DNA from: Lama glama
Taxonomy: Eukaryota
Length of the DNA stretch: 64,000 bases
Assembly: GCA_028534125.1 (NCBI GenBank)
Contig: CM052816.1
Coordinates: 25,794,001-25,858,000 of the forward strand
Reading direction: 5' to 3'
Position 1 is the stretch's first letter, and each line of letters begins with the position of its first letter. Made by a program: the position numbers and the translations under genes. The notes under the pieces were generated by a model. It ran no database searches and was not told where the DNA came from. It saw only the letters and a list, made by a program, of their open reading frames with translations. Shown in pieces: positions 10,101 to 23,879 of the stretch.

Positions 10101-13100
10101 CCTGCCCCCTCCTTTCTTTTGAAACATAATAGCCTGTATTGAGGCTCTCCTGCATGTATCCTCCTTAGCTGTCGTACAGTTTTGACTTATCAGACACAGG
10201 CATTCAGCTGGGCTAAATAGTTAGTCTATGGGTTTACTGGATTGCTGGGAAATTCAAAAATCCACAGAAAAATTCTTAAAAACAGCTGAGACTTCAAATA
10301 TACATGAAAAGCCCAGGAGATCTTATAGTTGTGTCTTAGGGTTCTGACTACTCCGTTATACGTCCAGAAGAGAGAATGATTTTTCTAATAGCTGCTTTCA
10401 TTAAGCTGGTCCTTAACAGCCTAAATGTGGTGTCTTCAAATGGACCTGTCTATAAAGGATATCATTCATTTGACTTTATTCTCTTGTAGAAGCTTTTTTA
10501 CACTTCACTAGGGAATTCTGGCACATTTTCCAAGTGAGTGTGAGCCATTGAAGAACATATTTTGATTAATGAGTTTTATGGAGGATATGGTCCCCGCCCC
10601 CCCCCCCCCCCGCATATAGTGCCCCCTACAAATTCTGCTTAGAGAGTGCAGTTTATCTACTGTGAAATAAAAGGGCAGAAAGGTCACTTGCTATAATTAA
10701 AGAACAAAGTCCATTGTTGTTGGACAGCAAACTGTTTTGAAAGCTACATAAGGGATTTAGCTGTTAAAAACGTTGGGAACTAAGGGTGGTTCCCAATCAG
10801 CATTGATTCAGCTCCTTTCTTTTCTGTAGGCTTCCTTGGAGGGTGACAGCGCTTTTGAGGTGGGTGCAGAGGGGCTGCCCTCTCCCCAAGGAAGTTTTCT
10901 GTGAGAACCCGTGGAAGCTTGGAATACTTGCGTGACCAAGCACATGACTGGGTATTGAGCAGAGTATTTGAAATCTGCTGAGTTTGCTGGAGAAATTTTA
11001 AAAATACTCACAACAGATCAGGATTGTTCTACACGAGATAAATACTGTTTGGCAACTTTTAATAACTTTGCAAATAGTCTGTAAAAAAAGGGGGGGGGCA
11101 GGGGGGAGGAGAGATTGATTGCCCCAGTGTCATGAGGTTAAGAATGCTCTTCAAGTGAAATTGCTTGGCTGCAAGATGGTTTTAATTAGAGTGTTATAAA
11201 GACTTATTTTTCCTAAGCAGCATTTTATAGTTAGTAAATGAAATGTATGCCGAAAGTGCTAAGCAGAAATCTCCCTAACCACAGAGGTGTTCAATAACCA
11301 GATTCCAACAACATGGAAAGAACCATCTGTTCTTGGTTTTCAGCATGAAAAACAAGGATTGAATAGCTGAGATTTGCTCCAATTTTGACTGTGTCTCTGT
11401 GTGCGTGTTTTTTTTTTAATTTAAAAAAGTTCACCAGGTACTTCATAGGAACTTGAAATTGCAGTAATATGAGCAACACTGTGAAAACACATGTTCCGAC
11501 ATTTATTTTAACCAGTTCTACTTTTATTTAAAAGATTTCCAGAAGCCCAGCCATTGAACACTTTATAATGGTTATTCAGTTCCTGCAGGCAATCACAACG
11601 AGGGGTCAGTTTCTTCAAAGATCTAACTATTTAGTCAGTACCTGAATTATTTTGTCAGTGTTCCACCCTGAAGGTGGCTGGGAGGGGGGGCGAGCAAGGG
11701 CTCTCCCGGGCTAACTCTGGTCAGCATTTGTCGGTTAATCTAATTGTATGTGTTAGCATCCTGGACTGGTGTTTGCTCTCCACAGACCTTGCTCAGGTTC
11801 AGAGCTCTTAGGCTAGGATTGCAGATAATGAGGAAAATATTCTCTTAACGATGGTAACTTTGGAGTCCTTGACTTTTAGATGCTAAGCTTCTGGGTTCTG
11901 GTTTTCCTAAGAGCCCTGGGTAAAACATTATCCGGCCTTTGTTTGAGGTCTTTTATAGAAGCTAATGACCGGGCTTGTGCCTCCCTGAGATAAATGACAT
12001 TATCTCTGAGTGGGCTGACAGGAAACAGACATGTTAATGGTGAAGCTGCCGGGAGGATCTGCCCGGGTTCTGACAAAAGAGTGGAGAAGGGACCCCTGGT
12101 TGTGGTCATTAACACATCATGCATTCTTGCTCCTCCTAAGAGGCCCTTGATAATTGGAAAGCCATTTTAGCCACAAGCACTTAAATCATAAAGTGACTAC
12201 TCCCAGTTCCTTTGCATTCTTAAAAGTAGCAGAGCAACGTGTTTTTTGTTAACAAGTGTGTGATCTGGTTTTTTAAAATGGTGGCAGTTCTGGGCAGTGT
12301 GGCAGTGACGTTTGGGAGGACTGCACATCCCAGTTTTTATCAGATGAACTCTCTGTCTTTCACCATTGCTCAGTCATCCCTCTAATAAACCAAGGAGGGG
12401 GGTACAAAAAATGAGAAAGAAATCATTTGTATACTTGAAGAGGTCTTGTGGGAGAGGGATAAAAATCTCTTTTTTACAAGTTGGGGAAAAGATTTTGCTC
12501 AGTGATTTTGCATGTGATGAAACCTGCCTTTTGAAGTGTATGTTTAAAAAGTCATGGGTGTAATTGAGTTTCAATGCAGTTTCGACTCTCTGCTTCTTGA
12601 ACGGAGATAATTGCCGTGTTGAACACACTCTAGAGGTGTAGAAGAGGTGGAAGGATCATGTTATTCTATTCTTTAATATTAAGCATTGGAAGTTTTTCAC
12701 GGTAATTACTGTAGCACAACATAGTTTCGATTGCCAGCACTCTGAACGTACCAGTGATCTGAACATAAAGGGTTTTTGCTTGAATACTAAACAGTTTATT
12801 CTTAAATTACTTGTGTTGCGTTCTTGTAGAACATGGAAGCCAGAATTAAGGCAATACTTCTTAGCAACATCGGAGTGGAAATAATCTTTCTTCCCTAAGA
12901 CTGTTGTCAATAAATAATAATGCCCTCTTAATCTGTACATTTAAGGTTATAGGAAAAGAGAACAGGTGACTTCTCTGTCCCAAGAATGACTAAAGTCATC
13001 ATCATTACAAGCTCATAGAGGGATCATACTGGGTAGTACCCTGTGACTGCTATTTATTTCATAGGTGTGTATATACATGTTGCATAGATAAATGTTGGGT

Positions 13101-15589
13101 TGGGTGTGGATTGGGAGTATTTAGTTAGTGTGGGCTTTGTTCTTTAAAAAAAAAACAACCCACCATTGATTTTTCTATTCCACTCTCCTGCAGAGTAATT
13201 GGCCCCACCGTGTCCATCCAGGTCCCACTCCAACTGAAGTTTCTTTAGTGACTTCTTGCTTTCTGTTGCAATTTCTTTTTCATTTAAGCTGAAGGTTTTG
13301 GCAGTTGGAACAACGCGTTTGCAGCTGAATGAAAGACTGTTAAACAATTCATAGTAGATTGACCATCAGTTGGGATGTTTGTAATGTTACTTGGAGTGCT
13401 TAAAGGATATTCAAGACGGGGAGATTGGCACTTTGCTCCTGAAGCTGAGTTTTGCGTATCTGCTAGATTTTGGTTAGAAATACCTTTGGAAATGTATTAA
13501 AGTAGATGATGGGTTTTGCCTGAAGAATTGAAGAGATTACAAAGCAAATACTTCTATTTTGATAGGTCAGTGGTCCTTGAACCACCGGGAACTTGTCTGG
13601 TACTCAGAAGGCTTCCCCCGTGCCCCGTGAAGCTAAATGAAATGTTAAAACTATATATTTTCGTTGTAATAGAGACCTCAAAGGGAAGGGTGTTTCGGTT
13701 AAAACAAATGGGCTTGAAGTGATGAATAAATACTATTGCTGGTTTTTCAAAGCTACCCTTTCTTCTTTCTCATCCCCACCTCCCAGTCCAGTTTATTATT
13801 CACCGTGACTGTTCGAGCTCAGCCACTGAGCTTTTTGCGATTCCTGGGAATCCTCCTCCTCAGCAGCACCTTAAAAAAAAAAATGTGCCTATGAGAACAC
13901 TGAGGCATATTCCAATAATGCCATATGAATGCAGCGTTCACAGTTTAAAAGTATATTGATGATATATTGTGTTGTACATAATGCTTTCAGAAAGCAGGTA
14001 TTTAGGTTGTGGAATCGGCTTATTATGTTAACCAGAGAGCAGATGGCATGGTGCCACAGACGTATAATTTTACTTAAAGGGACTTTTAAGGTTTTGATGT
14101 GTTTTCTTTTCCTCTTATTTCCCCGATGGCTTCTTTTTATTGAAGGGTAACTTAAGGAGACCTGGTAGCAATTTTACTGCCTTCCCCTGACAGTTTGAAA
14201 TAATAGCTTGGTCTTTGGTTGCACTGATCTTCTACCAGTCAACTTGATTCTGGTTTTTGTCATGTGGCAGTGAATTAAAGGAAAAAAAAGTGTTTGTAGT
14301 ATGTTTTAAGAAATGGACTCTTTTATATGCTTCAATTAGCAACAGACGACACAGTTCCAATTGGTCACACTTTCATAAACTCCTAGAAGTCACTGTTCGT
14401 CCTTCTGATTAAAGAAAACTCCTGGTTTGGTTTCTTCAGGAAAGCACATCTGGCCCTCTGGCAGCTTTAGACCCACTTTTTTTGTCTTTCGCATCAGTCA
14501 CGGAAGGTTCAAAGGTCCTGTCTAAGTTGTTCCTTTTTTAGGTTAGCAAGCTTTCACCATACTGGAGGGCTGTACTTTTTTTGGTGCCTATACCTACCAC
14601 GTGCTTGAATTCACTTGGCATAAAAGTACCATTTGTTTCTCTGCCTGGGTTTTACAGTTTTATCCATTCTTCACTTAGACCATCATCAGGCTGAGTTGGA
14701 AAGCATCTCTTAACTTTTTTTTTTTTTAATACAAAGTGTGCATAGCCAGACCAGATTACTTTTGGATTTCCTGTCACCTCCTTGGCTGATTTATGGATGG
14801 CTCATGTTAAAAGCAACAATAATGTTTGAATTGGAAGGGTTGAAGCCTCGGGTTTTCATTCTTCACGGAGAACTGTTTATTTGTGTGTGGTTTACCACAG
14901 TACATGGATAATGCTATCAAATCTGTGCTTTATTATAGGCTTATGACGAACACAGCAGCACTTCAGTGATGTCTTTCTGCCTTTTCGTTCTTTGCCAATT
15001 CTTTTGTGATGGAAATGAAATGAGAACTGCATCTTTGCAGCCAAGGGGAAAATAGGCACAACAAATAGAAACTGTCCCTTGAGCCAGTTCAGAAGTAAGC
15101 AGTGGTGATTTAAGAAACACTTTTCTCCAAGTAAGTGAAATCCATGGGGGAAAAAAAAGTCCTCCAATGTAACTTTTCCATGAAGATCTGTGGAAGATGA
15201 GCCGCATATTTTGAAAAACGGAGGCTGTTCCAACAACGAGGCTTTATCCCTTTATATTGTTTCCCCTCTGAAGTAACTGAAAAGCGGTCCACCCGTTCTT
15301 CAGACCTTTCCCAAACCTTTCAGCTGCTTTGAAGGTGGAATTTGAGTTCAGTGATATTGTTGGCTTCTGCTCCCCAAAGGGAGCAAACATGATTTTAAAA
15401 CAGAGCGGTTGAGCTTTTCCGCATCAAACTCCATTTGGCCAATTGTCTCCGTTTACATTCCGTGCCCAAATCCTTCACCAGCCTTTCCCATGATGCCGCA
15501 GCAGATGCCAGACACTGAAGTAGAAAGCGAGCAGCTGTTTCCATTACTCCATTGCTGTATTATCCTCCACAATCTGCTTTCTTTCTCTC

Positions 15590-15910
15590 TCCCCTCCCCC
15601 CTTCAAAAAGAACCCTCCTCTCCCTCCGACGTTGGCCTGCTCGGGTTCATCAGCCTGCAGTCTCTCTCTCTTATCAGGCCCCCTGATTTCCTGCGAAGGC
15701 CGGGTTTATTGGTTGGCGCGAGGTGGGGGCAGATGGAGGGCCTGGGCCCCCCGGGGGGCGTGGCCGGGCTGCGCGCTCCCGATGGCGGGGGCGCGCAGCC
15801 GGGGCCGCGCCCTCCTTCCCTCCCAGGACCCGTTTATAGCTCTGAGCGCTGTAAATCTGTCAGCTCTTCACGACGCCTTCACCTCTTTCTTCATTTGCTC
15901 CGGCTTCTAG
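15590..15910. promoter_or_regulatory. Intronic CpG-rich promoter/enhancer-like element
   Basis: Sharp GC/CpG peak in an AT-rich intron. GATA site CTTATCA 15670-15676, ATTGG 15708-15712, KLF/Sp box GGGGCGTGG 15755-15763, TTTATA 15833-15838. Confidence 0.6.
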
Positions 15911-16146
15911 TTTGACAACGTTCCCCTGAGGCGGAATTCTAATCTGCTTCCAATTAGTTGCAAAATGTGACTGAAATTTCCACATTATGACTGCTGTTTT
16001 ACTTGCAAGCACACATCTAGAAACAAATTAATGCTCTTGAATATTTATTTTTTGGGCGCTTGGATTTACTTTAAGAGGAAGAGTTTCCAACTCTTTGGAT
16101 GACTTCCAGGATTTGCATTTCCCCCCCCAAAGCCTTATATACTGGG

Positions 16147-16156
16147 TGTGTGTGTA

Positions 16157-16204
<48 letters not shown>
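16147..16204. repeat. Compound (TG)n(TA)16 microsatellite
   Basis: Read directly from the sequence. Confidence 0.95.
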
Positions 16205-16208
<4 letters not shown>

Positions 16209-19200
16209 GCACAAGTATAGTAGGGTTTCCACTCCGTCTCTTAATAAGCCTTTTCTATCTTTTCAACATTTCTCAAAATGTGTTACGTATGTTTAAATTA
16301 CACAAATACATTTTGTAGTATTTCTAAAATAAACAAAGCAAGAATGTTTGCCCAAGTTTAATGGAAGGTTCCTCATGCAGTGTTTTAAGAGAACCCAAAT
16401 ACACACAAATTTACTTCTAAATATAGCTTAAGTATATTTGGCCAAAACACAAAAGACTTGTTACACACTTTTAAGTTCTTTTGTTTGCTATTCAAAAGAT
16501 AAACAAATTGGACGATTAATTGGCTTAACAAATATAAGGGCAGCATGAAAGATGTCACTCTGGACACAAACATTATCCTACAAGTTTGTGCTTAGATGGA
16601 GCACACCTTCTGGAAGCCATTGGAATTCGGGGGCTGTGGTAGGCACAGTGGATGGCTCCCTGACTTCACTGCCTCTTAGCCTACATAATCTATGTGGTTG
16701 TGGGGTGGTTGTGCTTTGAGGGAGGTCAATCACCCCATCTCTCTCTCCTCTTTAGTGATTTTTTTCCCCCCAAAGGTATTGATCCATCTGATTTTATGTA
16801 AATATTAGATTTGTTTAAATCTTGGTTGCTGGGAAGGTCAAATTTAGCTTTATTTACTACTTGCCGAAAAACTACTTTCTCATGTACTGCAATTTTAGTA
16901 CCAAAGCATTGGAGTGTCTCGGGTTTAGTATTTGCAGAAAGGTGGTACTCTTAAAGAATGTAAACAGCCAGATTACTGTTGTATTTTATAGTAGTGTTCA
17001 GTCCTCAGCATCTTGGCAGATTGATATCAACAGTAATAATAAGCTTTAAAGAGGTGTGAAGGAATTTATTGATGGTCAAGTGGTTATGTTGATCACATTA
17101 CTTTGTATTAGTTTCTAAATAACACCTTCACATGTAAATAGATCCTTTTTTTTTTTTTTGTCTGCAGCATGGTCACCGGTAATCATTAAAAGCTCTGTGT
17201 TGATTGATTTATAATACCCTTTTTGAATGTGCTATTTTCTATCTCCGTAACCAGGAGGTGGAGCATTTATTTTACTATGTTTAAAAAATAAAACTTATTT
17301 TGAATGATGTATTCTGTATAGAATATAAATTATTTAAATTTCTTGATTTAAAAACTTTCAGCTGTGGCAGAATTCCACAAAAGAGGTAGGCACGCTCTTT
17401 GTATTGCTGCCTTTCTTCTTAGTCCATGATTTGTTGGAGTAAAAATGGCCAGAATGAAATCCTTCAAAATTTAAAATGTGGGCCTTTCAGATTGTAGAGA
17501 CCTCCTGGGTTAAAAAGAAAAAGAGAAAAGAGTTGCTCCACAGTGAAATGCTGACAATGGGCTCGATTGTGCTGGCCCCTCGAGTCCAGGGGTTCACTAA
17601 TTACCCTTTAATGAGGTCGGTCTGCCCCAGCCTTTTCCCTACCTTGGGAGGAAAAGCACACAAGACAGTTGGAGTTCAAGTGGATCTTGCTGTATTTGCA
17701 ACTTAGCATAACTGCTTTGAAGGCCCCCAGGGCGCTTAATTGGGGCTGGGCATTTTTGTTTTGGGGGAGACTCCACACAGCTCCCCATTGTGTGTGTAGA
17801 AGCCACGGTGTGTCTTGGAAACATTACATGCTTTTGTTGATAGTGCATAGTTTTATAAACTCCAAGTGAGCTTATTGCCTTTTAACCATTGGGAGCACTA
17901 AATAATAGAAGAACCTAGAAGTCTCTGGGTTGGGTAGCCGCCAAGCAGTTTAAAAAAAAAAATGAATGAATGGTTTAATTGTAGAGCAAACCATTTGTTT
18001 ACAGATTAAGATTTATTCAGGCACCAAATCCTATGGACCAGGAGGTGAAAGAATGAGGCTGTAAGGTATAGGAACTGAATGCTCAGTGTTATGTTTTGTG
18101 ATTGTGCTTAGCTGTTTTTACTCTTGTTTTTTTACAAAAGAAGAATGAATTGTTGAATGGTGAGAACTGCTTGGCCAAGTGTACTTTTTAAGCTGTAAAG
18201 AGAGAGGGGAGGAAGGCGGAGGCGGATTGTCATTTCTTTGCTGCCTGATCAGGAAGCTAAAAACTTAAGGTTCTCCGAGTTGAGAGGGGAACACTGGCTG
18301 GTGCTGAATTTTCCTGTTCCAATGAGGGGGGCTGGTGATGGTGGTAGTAGAGGTAGGCAGGAAGAAGTGGGGAGAAGGTATGTGGGAAAGGGGTGGTTGG
18401 TGGAGAGCCTTTGTTAAAACGGCCCTAGACAGTGCATTCTCTTGAATAACTGGGACCCTTTACAGAAATTCCTCACTATTTCATTAGTTAGTGGCCATGG
18501 TACTGAATAGAGAAACTCTCCAGCAACGGCAGTGAAGTGATACATCTTTTTTTTTTGATGCGGGGGCGTGGGGGAGCTGTTGCCGGGCAGCCAGAATTTC
18601 AGGGTGTCTTTTCTTTCTTTCTTTCTTCTCCACCCCCCCACCCCAAGGTCGAGGCTATATCTTAACAGCAGAAGACCAGAAATCCCGGCATTTGGTCCCA
18701 TTGTAGTTGTAGTCCTTCTGACCTGTTTGTGAACAGTGGGCTTAAGGAAATCACTAGTAAAGCGTTTTCTAGAAGTTTCATTTTGAACACTCCCAAATTC
18801 ACTGTTTTTTTTTACGTTAATCTTCCTGGGAGTGAAACCCTTTATCTCAAAGTATTCCTTTGTGTATAAACTGTCTCCCTAATGATAACTTCGGCTACTT
18901 ACGAGTATTGTTTCTGCATGATACCTGTTTGCTGTTTGGCCATGAAGAAGCGTGTTCATTCAGTAACATTAAAATGTCTTGTTTGTTACTTGATGCATAT
19001 TTGATAAATTGAACTTTCAGTTATGTTAAATTGGCTTAACATGATCTTGTTTTGTTTTGGTTTTCTCCTTACTAAGTTCTGGTACTGTCATGGCACGATC
19101 CTTTTGAAATGGCTTGATTTTCCAGTCTAAACCATGGCTCATAGCTTCATTTTACACATCTTTCTTTTGGGAGGTGGTGAGCAATGGGGGGATTGTAGGA

Positions 19201-21504
19201 ATGAGGAAGCAGAGAGGATGCAAATATTTAGTTCTAAGTGGTTTCAGCCTTGTCAAACTAGTGACTTTAAGGTGCTGTTGTTCATTCAGGATGCTTCTCT
19301 ATGAACATTTTCTATTTTAGTGAAAAAAGAGACTGGATTTTACTTCTGTGAGCATCCGACATCATTTTTAAAACTTCAGACTTTTAAATCTCGTAAAATT
19401 TAGCACTGTGATCGTCACTAAGTAGACTAAACTTGTGTAAATATGTTTTTTAAAAATCACTCTCCCCAATCATGTTTTACTAAGGAGGTACATCCCTACA
19501 AATGCTCACCTAAATGTTTTTATTTCTTTGGGTGTAGTCTGACTGTTAATACGTGCTCAACCTAGGTTTACTGAGCAAACCAAACAAAAGTGCAAAGATA
19601 AAAAAACATAGCTCACATTCATATTTATGACAGCCTAGAGGCTTTGCAAGATTGAAATCTCTCTGCAGCTTTAATCCCTCCTGGAAAGTCCCCTTAAGGC
19701 TCCGCCCGAAACCACCCTCAAATTGTCAGTACCTCTACAATGTGAATGCTCCTGAGGATTTTAAACGGCACCTACACATACCGTGTATTTCGGTGAGTGA
19801 CGTCTGTGTTCACGTGTACAGCGAGAACTGGGAACTGGTGCTGAACTTCCGCCCTTGTTAACAAAGGTCCCCCTTGTGTCTGGTTCCTCCTCTCTAACAT
19901 GTTCTGTATACTATTTTAACTGGATACATTTTTATTGCCGGTATAAATGTGAAACGAAAAATGCTGACCTTTTAAAGATGCCCTGAAAATGATTTTTCTA
20001 AACCTGCTTACACCAAAGTCTAGTACTTTCTATTTTAGTTCATATTAAAGACTTAGTTAAAGTCTCCTTTGAAAGGCTGGCATATGAACCCATAAGCCTG
20101 CTGTAAATTCGTGGACATTGTTTCCTTGTAAAAACCCATGTTTTCCACTCACCTGGAGTTAGTACAGCTACGGAGTTTCTTCTGCTGATATTCCTGTCCA
20201 GTTTTAGATTGGGGGAAGTTCTGTACCATCTACAGCTGTTACCCTGTGATTGGCTGATGACACGAAATCACTTACTCTTGTTGGAATTTCAGCTGAAATC
20301 TTAAACACATTGAATTTTCCTTTTTTGACCCTTAATAGTGAAATCTGAAGAGATGTGTATGTAGCTTTTCACACTTGAAAAATCTAGAAAATGTCCAGTG
20401 TATTCAAATCACATTTTTACTGGTGTTCAACACATAGATACAGATCTCTTCAAGTCGCCTCTGAATTTGGTGAGCAGCTTTTCAGCACACACCAGTAGTA
20501 GGAGGAAGTTAAACGGGGGAGGGAAAATAGGTACTGTTTTGTCTTTTGTCAGTTAAAAAAGTCCTGCAAGGTTTTTGAAGAATTTCATCTTGGCTCTTTT
20601 GTAACTCACTCTGGGGTCTAAGGAGCAATACTCACTGTACAAATATTCTGTGCGACGAGGTCTATTTGCCTCCATGTTATCTGAGCCTGAATGTGCGTGC
20701 ATAATTGGAGAGATTATTGGAGAGACAGTGTTTTGCTGTGGTAGATGTGGTTTAAGTCCTAGCACTGAGCATAGCATTTACTTTCTCAGCTTACCCACAA
20801 AATCTGTGACTAATTTAGTGAATGTGAAGACTGTAGTCCAGATGGTTAGGTTTAATTGTAAAAACTGGAAAGATTTCAAAGTACCCTTTGGGGAAGTGTG
20901 GGGGGCGAGGAGAGGGGATCAACAACTGAACAACAAAAGAGAATGAAAAGTGACTAAGTCACTAAATATAGCATATTTGTACATTACACATTTATAAACA
21001 CACACACACACACACATATATGTCTGTATATAGAGTCAAAGAAAACTTGAAGAATTTATTATACCAGTCAGCATGAACAGCTTCCAGGATCAAGAAGAGA
21101 AGTGACTTTTAATGTTTAACGATTTAGTATGTTCTCTTTCAAGTGTTTCCTACTATGTGTGTGTTTGGCCTTTTCTGGGCTCAAAATAGGTTTCCTCTCA
21201 AGTATGCTGAGAAGATACCACTTCCATATCACCCTCTATTCCTGGTTAAAGAGCACTGGCAGTTATCTCATCAAACAGAGGAAATTACCACTCTTGCCCA
21301 GGCCGTGGTGGGTGTCCCCTGGCTGGGGTGCTCTCTTGCCCGGGCCAGCCCATTCTCCTGACCCTGCAGCTGAGCACCTCACAGAGGGCGGAATCTTGCA
21401 GAAGGGGCGGCGAGATGATGGTGAGTGCTACGGGGTGATGGTGAGTGCTGCGGAGGGACCAGTCTCTCTTTTTTTTTTAAATTGAAGTATAGTTGATTTT
21501 TTGC

Positions 21505-21638
21505 ACTTTTTGTTTGTTTGGGGAGTGGGTGGTTAGATTTGCTTATTTACTTCTTAATGGAGGTATTGGGGTTTGAACCCAGAACCTTGTGCTTGCTAAG
21601 CATGCACTCTTCCATTGAACTGTAGCCGCCCCCCCCCC
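21505..21638 (-). mobile_element. tRNA-derived SINE, camelid vic-1-like, preceded by a short L1 3'-end-like fragment (~21465-21500)
   Basis: TTAATGGAGGTATTGGGGTTTGAACCCAGAACC...GCTAAGCATGCACTCTTCCATTGAACT. The reverse complement has Pol III A/B-box-like segments (GGTTCAAACCCC) and an A-rich tail. Confidence 0.8.
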
Positions 21639-22014
21639 AAGTGTCCACTGATTCTGAACTGTTCTTGCCATGCCCTTATGAGTGCAGGCATCCGAGCTAA
21701 TGCTTTTAAAGCTCCTCAACACCTTCTGGCTGCTTCCTCTGCAGACCAGAGCTTAAAGGATAGAATATGTCCTCTCCTCTTGTAGTTGGGACACCACTGA
21801 CCTAATAACTTGGACCAGTAAATTAGCTTTGAACTTGGTAGGCTAATAGGGCTCTCCAGCGGACTTAACTTGTATTACGTGGGGTTATAAGGGGAGACAG
21901 AAGGAAGGAGAGAAAGGTATCAGGGACAGGAGAAGGGTTAGACCGCGGGGATCTTGAATGGCTGAGGTTCATGGCATAGTGATCTGCAAGGCAAGCAAAT
22001 GGAAACATGTCCAA

Positions 22015-22180
22015 ATATATGTATGTATATATATTTTAATTATTACAATATAATCATATGTAATATATTACATAATAATATAATATATACAATTATATTT
22101 CATAATATTGCACAAGCATAGAGAAATGAGTTAAATTTATATGTGTTATGTTTACCATATACAGTGCTTTAATATTTGAT
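22015..22180. repeat. AT-rich low-complexity tract
   Basis: Degenerate TATAAT/ATAT runs. Confidence 0.75.
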
Positions 22181-22770
22181 TATTGAGCCCTCCGCATTTT
22201 AAAATGGCACAGGGAACAAGCCTGAGTTTGTCTTCCACGGTAAGGAAGATAAGCAGGAGGCCAGCCATGTTGGGCTAGTGGTTTCAGATTATGGAAGACC
22301 TGTGTGCTATAGGCCAAGAGAAGGCGCTTCCTGAGGAGAAGTAAGTGTAGATCTTGGAGGCGATTATCACCCGTGGGAGGGCTAGATAAACCCAAGGTCA
22401 GCTACCCCAACGTAGAGGTGGCCTTTGCGTTGATCCCTTGGTTATGTTACTTCTAAAAATATCTTCCTTTTACCATCTGGTATCTCCCCATCTGCCTAGA
22501 GCCTAATTTTTCTCCATTTATCAAGAGCTTTGCTTTATAGTGATCCATTGACTTAAGTGATTAAGTGATGTTAAGGTTGTGCCACTGCCTCACTGTGAGA
22601 CTTTAAAAGACCCAAGAATGGTGCTCACATGTGGGGACTGTGTGGTGGGAGGAGGGGCGGGGGGGCTCCCTGGTGTCATAATCACAACTTTGGGACAGTC
22701 ATCTTTTCTGCCCTCAGAGCTGACTTTTTTGTAAAGCTGATTTTGGAGAGAACCTCATCTGCAGATGTTT

Positions 22771-22876
22771 GTTTGTTTCTTTTTCTTTTTTTCTTTTTTT
22801 TTTAATGGAGATACTGGAGACTGAACTCAGGACCTCATCAGCATGCACTCTACCACTGAGCTATTTCCCTCCACCT
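22771..22876 (-). mobile_element. tRNA-derived SINE, camelid vic-1-like, with target-site duplication
   Basis: Poly-T then AATGGAGATACTGGAGACTGAACTCAGGACCTC...GCATGCACTCTACCACTGAGCTAT. Flanked by AGATGTTT at 22763-22770 and 22877-22884. Confidence 0.85.
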
Positions 22877-23879
22877 AGATGTTTCTCCGCATTTGAACAA
22901 GGTGGAAGTGATGAGGTTGAATTAGAGGCTGACATTGCTTTTTTTTTCCCCCTTCTTCCTGATTTCATGGTGGATATTGTGAGAGACTTTTATAACTAAT
23001 ATAAGGAGTGAGGTTCAAATAGGGACCTAACAGGCAGGTGAGAGCCTGAGGATTGATACTGCCATTAAGTTATGGGGTGAGGCAGACTTGATAGTAGTAT
23101 AAATGTCATAAATCTCTATTTTGCATCTTTGTTAATGTGTTTTCATATATATGCACATTTATGTAAGTTGGGTTTTATTTGCACATTTCTACTATATCTG
23201 ATGAATTTGATTTGAGAAATAAAAATAGTAGAAGTAATGTGCATAACTGAAAGAGATCTGTGAGGGCAGGTGTAGAAGGTCAAGGCTTCTGGCATTCTAA
23301 GGACACAGGTCAGAAAGATAAAGGGTGATAAACTCACCGGTATACCTGTCAGCTCACTGCAGCCCAGAGTTCTCCATAGTTTGTGCAAGCAGTGGTGCCT
23401 CTTGCGTCTTCTGAAGCCTTGATTTAGGGAAAGAAGAGGGTTTTAGGGCTGACAAAGCACATGGTTGTATATTGTTTTCTGTTGGAAACCCTGGAACATC
23501 TCAGGACCCAATGGGAAAGAGATTTGTTAGAAAAATGGAGTACAAATTTTGCCTACTTGTTGAGAACCTCTTGCTCTGATATTACTTTAGGACTTTGACT
23601 CAAGGAATTGGGTGTAAGAGATGAGTATGAAGCAGGGTCTGGTGTAGGTATGGTTTTGAAGGCCAGTTACAGGGTGGAGAGCTGGGTCAAGTATGAACTT
23701 GAGATGGGAGAGAAAGAATTATGCTGACTTGAGGGGAATCAAAGCCTGTTCTCCTCATTTGATTAAATATTTGCACTTTTTTCTCTGGACATGCTTGCTA
23801 GTGTCTCAGCTGACTGCATATGCATGAAATCCACCTAGATAATACCCATGGAATGTGTTCTGGGCAGACTGTGTCCATA

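Noticed and set aside
15409..15915. 168-aa ORF over the intronic CpG element
   Set aside because: TTG start, low-complexity Pro/Gly/Ser product, no recognisable domain. Explained by stop-codon scarcity in GC-rich DNA.
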